Assembly (NCBI GenBank): GCA_963924565.1
Contig: OZ004610.1
Location: 9,052,001 to 9,116,000 of the forward strand
Length of the DNA: 64,000 bases
Origin: Ascidiella aspersa
Lineage: Eukaryota
Direction: 5' to 3'
Part shown: piece after piece, positions 12,666 through 23,212 of the stretch
Position numbering within the stretch: the first letter of the stretch is position 1
How the letters are laid out: every line of letters begins with the position of its first letter
Position numbers and translations under genes: made by a program
The notes under the pieces: model-generated
Database searches by the model: none
Told to the model about the DNA's origin: nothing
What the model saw: the letters and a program-made list of their open reading frames with translations, nothing else

Positions 12666-13778
12666 TTTAATTGTTCCCTTATTCAATATCAAAGAGCAGA
12701 CAACCTAATTGAAATATCTGTAATATAATGAACTTGTTTTTAAACTTATGTTGATGATTTAATCAAAAGCAAAGACACAAATGACAAATAGCATAAAAAT
12801 AAACAAATGACAATATCAGTAAAATAATTTTCATAGGAACTCCAAATCAATTACAATGCAACTTCATTCATCAAATTTAAATAAAACCATAATTATCTGA
12901 CAAATGATGTGCCTAGTGGAAGCTCATTCTACTTAAAACAATTTTAGTACAATGTCAAAAACAGACTGTGCATTCCATACCACAGTGTGGGAACAAATGT
13001 TGAAATGATATAATTTTAGCTTAACCAAGAAATTCTGTACGCCAAAAGCAAACATAATGAATTACATACTTGGGGATTGTATAGTGGTAAAAAAATCACA
13101 AGAGCGCAAAAACAGATGAAAATAGATCAAAATTGGTCAATGGAAGTGACAATAATCTTATATATTTTTCTTAAAAGGTGGAATCATCTCTTTAAAGCAA
13201 ACTTATATAACATTTGGGTATAGACTAAATAGAAAAAGTACCTGGTTGGTCAACCATTAAAAATAGCAAAAACAAGACTGCAATAAATGGTGCACAGCAT
13301 TTTTTAACTACATACAATAACACACTTTATAAGATATCTTTCAAATTAAAGAATCTTTCTTATGTAAATAGTGCAAAACAAATAATTCTGAATTGCACAT
13401 CAGGTAATTAGTTTTATTACTGTTTAAAGCATAGAGAGCTTAAAAATGCAATTTGCCATATTTGTAGATTGATGTATATTATATGTCTAAGAGTTTTACA
13501 AATAAAAAAAATCCAAAACAATTTTTGTTAAATGAAATGAACAAAGAATTTTGTTAAACATAGAAGATTAAACAAAAAAATATTTTAGTTGTGCATGGAC
13601 AAACCTATTTTTAAAAATTTAACTGCAATATTTTTTGTTTTAAAATTTTCTTATTACACAAAGAATGTTGACCATAAAAGTATAATTCCAATTAATTAGT
13701 TATTACTAAATCACAATTACTTTATAAAACACTTTTTGGTCTGATTTGATAAACAAAGCTATTTGTTTGTGATAATTT

Positions 13779-14345
13779 TTATAACTCTGATTTCTTCTTC
13801 TTCTGTTTTTTCTTGCCAGAAGTGGATTTTTTTGTGTTTTTCTTTTTACTTGGATGACCTTTGCCGTTGTAGTCTTTACCCTCTATCGTAACAGATTCGC
13901 ATCTTTCTTGTTGAATTAAAAAGTCTTTGATCTCGTATGCATAGGAACCGTCGTTTATTTTAATGAGGACGCGATTTGCACTGACGACAAACCTGGTCAA
14001 CTCAATGTTGGCGTTGAACAGCATAGATTGCCAGAGTGATGTGATTTCTTCAGTTTCCTTCTCCGTTGGATCTCCTGACACAGTAACAAACATCATGAGT
14101 GTTTTATGCCTCTTTGACATCTTTAGCATGCCTTCAGGATCGCTAGGGTCGATTTTTGACATGTCAATCGGCTCAGCCTTTCGTAAATGTTCCGGCAAGT
14201 CTTCGTCTTCCACTTCGCCTTCCTCCGTCCACTGTTCATCGAGTTTGTAAATGTCAACGTCGGAAAAGTCTTTTGGATCCTTTCGTTTCTTTGCAGCAAC
14301 CAGGACAGTAACAGTTAAAAGTAGGAATAATTTTGTGATTTGCAT
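13779..14345 (-). CDS. MESD: LRP/LDLR chaperone MESD (boca), intronless CDS, 188 aa
   Basis: ATG at 14345 gives a signal peptide (MQITKLFLLLTVTVLVAA). It is followed by KDPKDFSDVDIYKLDEQW, LPEHLR, KMSKRHKTLMMFVTVSGDPTEKETEEITSLWQ and DGSYAYEIKDFL, then a Lys-rich tail and the KDEL-like ER-retention signal KSEL. Confidence 0.95.
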   Translation of the reverse strand: MQITKLFLLLTVTVLVAAKKRKDPKDFSDVDIYKLDEQWTEEGEVEDEDLPEHLRKAEPIDMSKIDPSDPEGMLKMSKRHKTLMMFVTVSGDPTEKETEEITSLWQSMLFNANIELTRFVVSANRVLIKINDGSYAYEIKDFLIQQERCESVTIEGKDYNGKGHPSKKKNTKKSTSGKKKQKKKKSEL

Positions 14346-15359
14346 CCTTATCCTATCAACAGTTATATAGTGTACATAGGGTGTGTCTACAAACAATAAC
14401 CAATTGGTATTTTGGCTTAATTGTAAGAGAAATTACACAAGATAAGGGCGCTGGTCTAGAATCCTTCCACAACAACATTATTTGGGTTAGGGTGCGGGTT
14501 AGCGTTTAGGTAAGTTACGCAATATTATTAAATAATAATGCTTTGCTCACCCTCACCCTAATAGTGTGAGTTGCTTTGATAATTGTTTCAGCCCCATGGT
14601 AGGATTCTAGGCCAGTCATATAGGCCTTAGAAAGTTCACATGGCGATGGCATCACAGAGACATGTAACTACAATAATTTCACAAATTATACAGATTAACA
14701 TTTTGCATGTTTCACTCTTTGTCAAAATTGTTTGTAACAACCAATCCAGCATATTTGTTTTTTAATTATATGTAATACGAATTTAGGTTTAGGAAGACAG
14801 ATTAGATAAATACTTTCTCCATTTTTCACTAACCATACGGCTACGCTGATCTGTTGCTTATATAGCATTGCTGCTTTATAGTCTGAACAAGTGCGCCAGA
14901 TCGTTTTTACCTAACCATGCAGTGGAAAGTTAGGACGAGTTCGATACAGTTTTCTGGGTTATATATATACGCTAAATACCTGTTTGCAATATTTTACTTG
15001 TTAGCGTTAGCGAGATAACGTTTATTACAGGAACAGGGTACGTCAACTGAATTGGATAACTTAGTTCTCAACTTCATTGTTTTTACGACTTAGCTCAGCT
15101 AAACGCTGACGTTTTGATGCGATTCAGTATTTTACTACCACATGCTGGCATTCGTAATTTCACTAATAACGACACATAGTTACTGCAAAAATATTACAAA
15201 CTTTGCACTGAATAAAAATAACTAGGACTAAAATATTAGTAATTTGAGCTATACTAGGCAAATTATAATAATTGTGAATATTATTGTGGTATTCAGCAAA
15301 TCAATTTTATTATGTCGTATACTGTACGATTCGCTCATCTTGCTTAAGACAAAATTCAG

Positions 15360-15419
15360 TTTCGCGCCAATCGTCCGTGTTTGCCGCGAAACCCATACAC
15401 GTGACAATTTTTAACCAAT
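15360..15419 (-). promoter_or_regulatory. E2F/CCAAT cell-cycle promoter
   Basis: TTTCGCGC at 15360-15367 overlaps CCAAT at 15367-15371. A second, inverted E2F-type site (TTTCGCGGC on minus) is at 15383-15391, with another CCAAT near 15415. The patch is CpG-retaining and lies about 1 kb upstream of the MESD ATG. Confidence 0.7.
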
Positions 15420-15453
15420 ACTTGCAATGATAAAGACCTACATGTATTACAAT

Positions 15454-15998
15454 CAAGGAGTCGAACCGTTTGATTTTTCCGGTTCAGGTTCGGTTCGGGT
15501 TCAAGGATTTTTTCGGAATCCGGTTCAGAGGGATTTAAAAGTTCCGGTTCAGCTCCGGTTCAACCATCGTTATTTTAAAACCGGTTCATAAAGTTCCGGT
15601 TCAGATACAATATAATTTGCGTTAAATCTCAAAATGTGGGTCGATAAATGTAGAGAATAATCTTTGAATTGTAAGTCGTTTAATCTAAGTTACGTGACAA
15701 AAAACAGTATAAAAAATAAACGATTTTTTCATTCAATATTCATATTTTTTCATAAAATTTCGAACATGGCGTAACTTGACTCTGTAAAATAGAAGTTGTG
15801 ACGTCATACAGGAGCGAACCGCTTTTATTTACAGGTTCGGGTTCGGTTAAGCTTCAGGTACTTTCAAATTGTTCGGTTCAGTTCCGGTTCGGCTCCTTAC
15901 AATCTTATAAAATCCGGTTCAGGTTCGGTTACGGTTCGGAAAAAATTGACCCAAAACCGGGTCATAACGTTCCGGTTCGTCTCCGGTTCGACTCCCTG
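15454..15998. mobile_element. Non-autonomous hAT-type MITE, 545 bp
   Basis: 15-bp TIRs CAAGGAGTCGAACCG and CGGTTCGACTCCCTG (1 mismatch). Perfect 8-bp TSD ATTACAAT at 15446-15453 and 15999-16006. Many subterminal CGGTTC repeats at both ends. Confidence 0.93.
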
Positions 15999-16154
15999 AT
16001 TACAATCCCAGTATCACTAATAAACGGCTCACATAAGTCAAAAGAACCGTAACAGCAGTTTTGTTGCGATATATTAAAATTTATTTTGTTGTTTGATAGT
16101 AATACTGCATAGCGACGGCAATTTTTTATAATAGTATTTAACAAATATGCTTGG

Positions 16155-16770
16155 TTTAGACCTGCAACCCTTAAACTATGTGCCATTAAGTGGTTCTCGA
16201 GTGTGCCGTGAACCGTTCTATAGGCTAACTTTGGAAAACAATCCACTTTTATGTCAAAGGGATGTTTAAGTCAGTAAGGGGCGATTTGTCAAGTTATGAG
16301 TAACATTATATTGTTATGTAAATAGTCTTCCGCATTTTTGTTTCTTAGTGCAAGCAAGAAAGGCTTTACACTGGTCTTGACTTTTGCCTCCATAAATTTA
16401 AAATCGGTAAGCTTGCCCTTCAAAGTTCAAACTATACACTGAATTTCAATATATTTGATTTCGTAATTATGTTTTAATAAACTTGCCAGTGTTTATCAAG
16501 TTTTTTGCGGTAACCCGAGTGCTAAACGTAAATATAACAGTGATGCGATCTAGTTCTCGTAAAGCAAAAGAAAAATAGCGTACCGGTACAAATTTTGAAT
16601 TTAATTATGAACCATCTTTTCGTATTTTTTCAACAGCTTTCTGAAATTTAAAGAAATCCTGCTCTGGATCGATCTTGTAAATCTAACAATATGAACTACT
16701 GCAGTAGGCGACCCACCAAATTATATAGCAGGTCAATTTTGGGTCACGACCTATAGGTTGAAAAACACTG
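16155..16770. mobile_element. Degenerate hAT/Charlie-like MITE remnant(s)
   Basis: Right end gggtcacgacctataggttgaaaaacactg is a typical Charlie terminus; degenerate agtggttctc near 16189. Left boundary and TSD not resolved. Confidence 0.45.
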
Positions 16771-19700
16771 CTCATACCCACTGACTCAGTTAAAAATGGG
16801 ATTGATATTTGAGGTACAACTCTGGCAAAAGACTCCCAATAAGAGAAGGGAAGACTGCCAATAAGAGAAGTTGCAACTTAATTGGGCTTTTATATTCCGT
16901 TTGGTGGTGGCCTTTGCCTTTTACCAGAAGCAAAAAATAATAAAAAGTGCTCGATGCAGGCCACGAAAAGTTTTGCATTTAGAGGTCACACTTATAAGGC
17001 AAAGGCAGGCGGGGAAACAGGATTAAATTGGGGAAGGCATGACAACATAACATTTTTCAGAGGTGACGTCACAAATTGACATTTAAACAAAAAGTAGTTT
17101 TTGAATTATCAATTTACAGAAAAATGTAAAAATTGGCAATAGTTACGAAGCCATAATCAGCGTAATATAAAAACCATCGGTGAAAATGAGCCTTTTGATT
17201 TTACATAGATGTGCTTAATGTCGCCATAGCAATATAAACTCAACATGCCATTCGAGCGATCCACAATGATTTTAAATTTTCCATTTCGTCTTGCGTTGTT
17301 TGTAATAAAATATAGGCTAATTAGGCGCAACAGGTGGTTTAAAATATATAAAAACTGAACCTAAGCTCTGAGCGCTATTTATGGTGTATTTGGTTGTTTA
17401 TTCAATAGCAATGTATTTAAAAGATCGCTTTAACGAATTCGAAAAACCATTGCAGCGTTTTCTAATACAAAGGGGGTGAAATAAAAAAAGTTTACTTATT
17501 GAGCGGCAGTATCTGGGAATCAACTCGAATTGTATCTTTGACAAAAAAATTCTAGTTTGGTCACTTGTATAGAAGAGCGACCTTAAAACATCTTGTGCTG
17601 AAAAAAGAGTAAAATTGCACACCATTGGGCAATTTAATTAGCAAAAAAATTCGGCTTGTGGTTGGCAGCACACTGGATACAAGCACATAGACCAGTGGAC
17701 CGCGGAAAAAAAAGGGGGTCGTTTAGTTTTTGAAAAAGCAAAACAGTTTGTTTCCGATAGCGAGCGCGCCGTCGATCTTAATAGATGCCAACGGTCGACC
17801 GCGCCGCGCTGTTTTATCGCTCTCGCTGTCAATTAAATCTCGCCCCCCTCCCGAACTAAAGATCACTTGATACGATGGAACGCCAAACAAGCACCCACAG
17901 GCCCTTCGCAGTTCACACACACGCAAAGGTTCATTTCACTGCTGTACAGGTCGGAATGACGATTCGAGACGCTTTGTGAAAGGCTTCGCCTGACACTCGC
18001 CAACTGTTACTACTACTAGTTTGGCGTGCTGTAAACACGTTGTTGACGGCTTGTTTTTATCTCGTATATCTTGAGGGGCGCGCCTTAGTTCGTGTATCGA
18101 ATTGAACATAGAGACATCGTAATGTTCAGCCTTGCAATTCCTTTAATCCCAGGCGATACAAATCTTGTGTATACAGTGGCGTCGTCAACAGATTTTTAAG
18201 CGCTAGTAATTTTCACCAGCAATTTTGCAGCGGTATTCGTTAGGAAGAGTCGTAATTTACAAAAATGCACGGTCAGACTAAAAACAACGCCCATTTTATC
18301 AATTTGCATGCAATGCATTTTTATATTGCCAAAACATTTGCCGATTTCTTAGATAGGGTGTAAAAAAGTTCATTGATTTTATCGTGATTCAAATCTGATT
18401 ATATGAGGAAATGTCTGTGACTCCTCGAATTGTTGTTTCAGCGAATCTAAAGGAGATAACAAAACCAATGGTCAGTGAAAGTAGGCCTTCAGTGTTTTAT
18501 TTTTCTACTATATACAAATGACGTCGTTTTAGCCTTTTTAGAGACCCGTAACCAGAATGATTTTGTCGAATCGCAATGGTTATGGACCAATGGTAATAAC
18601 CGCCTGGGCATTCCTATGCGAGTATGCGTATCAGTTATGTTGTGAGGGTGTCACACTATTAACAGCCTTTATTCCCGCGTTATACCGTTTTTCGTTCAAT
18701 CCTGGGCGACTTTTTTGCCCCACTGTTCGTGGTTAATCTGTGTCCGCAATATTAATAATAACTCTGACACCGATAAACAAACTTGTCTTGATTTCAAAGA
18801 TTCGCCACAAATTCGCCCAATGACCGCTGCCCTTGTGATACATCACGTAAACCAGACGAGATGTGTTGTCTACGATTTAAACGTTGTTCGCGGCCCTCGT
18901 TTTTGCGGATGACGTCACACACAAAGGCGCGATGAGTTAATTGGCATTGTGGCGGCCCAACGGCGAAATGAAGTCATAGCACGAGTCGGTTCATTGCTGG
19001 CTGGCACTCGAACCTCGACAAATCCATGACGAAATTGCACGCGTAAACCCATGGCAATTGAAAGCGCTGAGGCATCTTGAATATCAATGGACTAATTGCA
19101 GTACATTTCACGTGGTAAGTAGTCTTTTTTTAGTTTGGAAATCGATCTGCATACGACAGCTTGTCAAACACACGCGATCCTGGCTGCCTGTCAGTTTCAG
19201 AGTTTAGGGCAAATACAAGAAAATGCAAAGTGAGTTTTGACCTAAGGCACATTTTTACTTGGAGAGCTTCATATATGAGGTTGTAACTTGATTTTAAATA
19301 ATTACGTTTTTGCTATAGTGTGCTGTCGAAATAGGTGGGGTAGGTGATCTCCTATATTTTGGAGGCGTTCGCGTACGTTTTATATTCCCCATCCTCCATA
19401 AAGGTTTCTTAATATTTTCAGTTAATTCAGTAGTGTGCACCAGCAACTAACCATTGTCCGGTATACGTCTGAATAAACTCAACTACACATTTTGACCAAA
19501 TGGTAATTGGTAGTTCTTAAAGAGCTTTTGATTTTGTATTTGCGAGGTCATCGGCCGGAAATCATGATGGTGTCACTTAATTCAGCTTTCTTTGCCGCGT
19601 TATGGTATATATTTGTCGTGTATAGTCAAAGCATACGTGACCAGTGATATTTCCGGCCATGCATTTAATAGCGGCCGAATTCGAGTGACGTTGGGGATAG

Positions 19701-21355
19701 CGGCCGCCGGAAAATTCTCTCTAAATTGTGTTTAAAGAGTTCGTTTATATGTTCGTAAAGTTAAGCTCATGCCACCTGTTCGATTTCTGCTTTTTTTGTG
19801 AAAAAGCTTACCGAATTAGTTACTCGTATATCAATACAACAATTGGTACTTAAAAAGAGATTATCTACTTAGTTCATACACAGATCCAGAGTGGAAATGG
19901 TAGATCATATTAGCGGATTATATCGGACGCAATAACCGGGCCGTTTTACATCGGCTTTGTAAGATTAGTTTTACTGCTTCTGACAAGACCGACACGTAGC
20001 CAACGGACCGTGACGGTGGTTTTGTTGCGTCACAGTGATTTATGCCGTTTTGCGGAGGAAAGTTTACTTGTCCACTAACGGCGGTGATGACCATTAACCG
20101 CCTCGTGCTGTTAAATCATTACCTGTCAGACAGTGAAGTATCCAGGTGGCTGGCACAAGTTAGGAGGGTTCAAATTGGCGAGTTTTCTTTTTCCGCCAAA
20201 GGTGCCTGGCAAGAGAAAGTGCAGGTTCACTGTAGTAAATGTTTGCAACAGAGCGATTGGTCACTTTCACCAGTAGCTTTCTTTCAGGTGTGGTGACTGA
20301 TTCGTTTGTACGGCATAACATGTTTCCTAATGTAGCTGCAGGATAAGGTTTACAAATGGCATTGAACTTGATATTCTTGACTTTGAAAGTGGGTTATTTG
20401 GGTGCGGCGTGTTATCCGCTATATATTATGCATGACAGAGCTATGCGCTTAAAAATACCCGATACTTCGGTGCAATGCGTTGTTTTATGTTCGTGTCTGT
20501 TCCGCGAGATAGGATCTACAGTACAGGTTGTGCGGCGCCAGTATGTTTTTTCAAAAGGAGGAGAAAATTCGTTGTGACGTAATAGAGTTGCGCGCGAAAC
20601 CCCGTGTTGGACAATATTGAATTTCACTTAGACCGCTGAACGTTAGAAGTTAGAACAGTGCATGATGGTAGCTTTTCAACGTCAAAAGGATGACAAGGGT
20701 TTAAAAGGAACCTAAAAATGTTAATAGAGTGCCTTAAATTGAACATTAAACAACCATAACACTTCAACTTTTACCAACAAACAGTCTTGTCCGGCGTGTT
20801 TGTAAATTAGTGAACGCGCACTTGTGCTTCACAAAGAATGCGATGGCGAACTGAAATAACAAACGCCAGGTGGTTGAACTGACTTGCTTACGTGTCTCGA
20901 TGTGTACTTCGGGCCTGTAGTTGGAATAAAGCGGCAAAGTGCAGTAAAACGATGCATGTTGTTGGTGTATTTAGGCGACTTTATGGAGCCCGGTACGCGG
21001 CTTACAACAATAGTGATGTTTATGTAACCCAAGAGTCGTAACGACATATAGCTGTGCAGATGTGCATGTGATAAGAGCACGCCCGGTTTCGCAAAGTCCA
21101 CTTTAAAGCAATGTGATCCCTTCGCCGCCAAGTTCATATTTTTATTTTAAGCGTGCTTGGCACCAAACCCAAGCAATCGCTTTTTTGACATGTCAATATC
21201 CGGCTTAAGTTAAATATTCTTCTGCATATTGTTTTAAATCAGTTGTAATTTCCTCGGCCACTTTGAGGTTAGAGTTCAGCGAAATTATTGTTTTCCTATA
21301 AAGTATTTTTTTTAAATCGAGTAATAGATGCAACCAAGTCAACCGGTGAGTTTAT

Positions 21356-21685
21356 CAGACGGAGGCCAACTACCGCCCGCGGGCCGGGTCTGGTCCGCCA
21401 AGCAATACAATTCGGCCCGTGGCCCACTTTAGTAAAAAATTTACATTTATTTTTAGTAAAAAAAAAATTGATTTTTGAATATTTATGAAATACATTACTA
21501 CTGTTTATACATCCTGACCTACTCCTTCTCTTACCAGCTTGTCAAAAAAAGGATATCTAAAGATTCATTTTAAAGAAATAACCCGTTGTATTATGTTCAT
21601 TCGGTTCCACTTTTTTGACACGGCCCGTCAAGACATTTTCTGTGTTCAAGCGTCCCGCTGTCAAAATTATAATTACCCACCCCTG
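21356..21685. mobile_element. hAT/Charlie-like MITE
   Basis: Left end cagacggaggccaactaccgcccgcgggcc, internal cggccc repeats, right end aattacccacccctg followed by gtttagat. The left flank gtttat may be a degenerate TSD. Confidence 0.7.
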
Positions 21686-22963
21686 GTTTAGATCGTATTT
21701 ACTGACCTCAGCGTCCCACTACCATAACCAAGTATACGGCTGCAACCCCATACACACACATACACACGGTTGAGATGTGAGGCAAACGGTGACGTCATCT
21801 TTCAACTGGTCGAGGTCTGCTTTGTTAAAGTCCCACGCAACCGTTTAATCCGTTCGCGTCGCCCGCCCACCCAAACCACGTCAGTCCTATCGGTGTCATA
21901 TTCTGTGAAAACGCAACAAAAAGCAGAATAAAGTCTTGGTTTGCAAAACGCTTGGGAAGTGGCGGGACTTCTTCTGTGCCAGTTGCAGCCGTTGAAGTGC
22001 AGTCAAGAGAGGATGTTTTAATGCAGGGCGTGATCAGCTAAGTTGACTACGTAAAATGCCTAAACGTTAAGAGTTGATATGGCAAAGTGAGTTATATCTG
22101 TTTTTTCTGGCCATCTATTGGGAATGTTGGTCTCAACACAAAATTTGGCATTTATTTTAAAATTTGGTATTTTCTGCGGTTTATTGGCTTTGCTGCTTTT
22201 GTTTTAAATAGAGGACAATGTTTATTATGCACTAACGATGTACCAAACAAGTAAATTATGTACTTAAACCAAGTAAATTCTTTTCGAAACCGTTGTAACT
22301 ATAGGCTGCGTAAGATTACTTAATGAAACACTGATATCAAATAGAAATAAATGACAGTAGGATTTTTCTTTTGTAGTCAACGGGTACCTTCAGCACAAAG
22401 TGTTCACACGCCGACTTAATCGGTGTGATCAATCACAATTTTAATTATGCGTATAATTTTAAAGGCAGCGATAATCCGACAACTTGTTATGTGATTGGGA
22501 TAGTTCTCGTGGTTAATTCAAAGCGATCAAATCTGTTCAATTAAAAAAGAGTGCTTGCGGGACGTGATTTCGTAATTTGTTACCTTTGTTTCAATTTAAC
22601 GGAGTCCAATTTGTTATTATTTACAATAATCACACATATCTATCTTTTTAAAGCAAAATCAATTTAGATGTTTTACGCAACCTATAAATAACGATTTATC
22701 GTTTAGACATTCGTGTAGCTAATGGCTTTTTATTGTAGTGCAGTGATATTGAAGACGATTAATTACAAAATGAAAAGCCTAATTGACTTATTCTTTATTT
22801 AACATTTATGCCCAACGGAAAAGCAATACTCCCAGTACGGAATAATACAGGAATATGCCACCATTTGAGGACCGTGCTGGTCTCCAGATTATGATCCACT
22901 GGTGAAAGCACCACGTTAAACTTACGTCGCTTGAAATATTTGCCGCGATCACATATTCTATCG

Positions 22964-23212
22964 CAGGGGTTCTAAAACTGGGGTCCATGGACCCCATGGT
23001 GATCCGTAAACTAGTTTTAGGGGGTCGATGAAGGCCTAAATGAAATATTAGTGGATATTTTAGAAGCAATCAATTTGTTTTGGGACCGAAATCAGCAGAT
23101 TTCTGACGTATATTTGTATTGTGACGTCAATTTATGACGTCATCTCTGACCGTTTTTTACCTACCTGTTTCAAAAAAACATTTGGGGTAAACAAAAGTTT
23201 AGGAACACCCTG
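22964..23212. mobile_element. hAT/Charlie-like MITE
   Basis: TIRs caggggttctaaaact and agtttaggaacaccctg; 8-bp TSD ttctatcg / atctatcg (7/8 match). Confidence 0.85.

Larger units (their letters stand above)
1320..15420 (-). other. Putative polycistronic, SL trans-spliced operon MESD-DRG2-NUF2-MCM4
   Basis: Four co-oriented genes with stop-to-ATG gaps of 1113, 468 and 227 bp. YAG acceptor-like sites lie shortly upstream of each ATG (about 14353, 12705/12718, 11116, 9563). Recognisable promoter motifs were seen only upstream of the first gene. Operon status is inference. Confidence 0.7.

Noticed and set aside
9756-14345. Bacterial origin or pseudogene status for the intronless genes
   Set aside because: All three are eukaryote-type, full-length, uninterrupted and contiguous with spliced MCM4.
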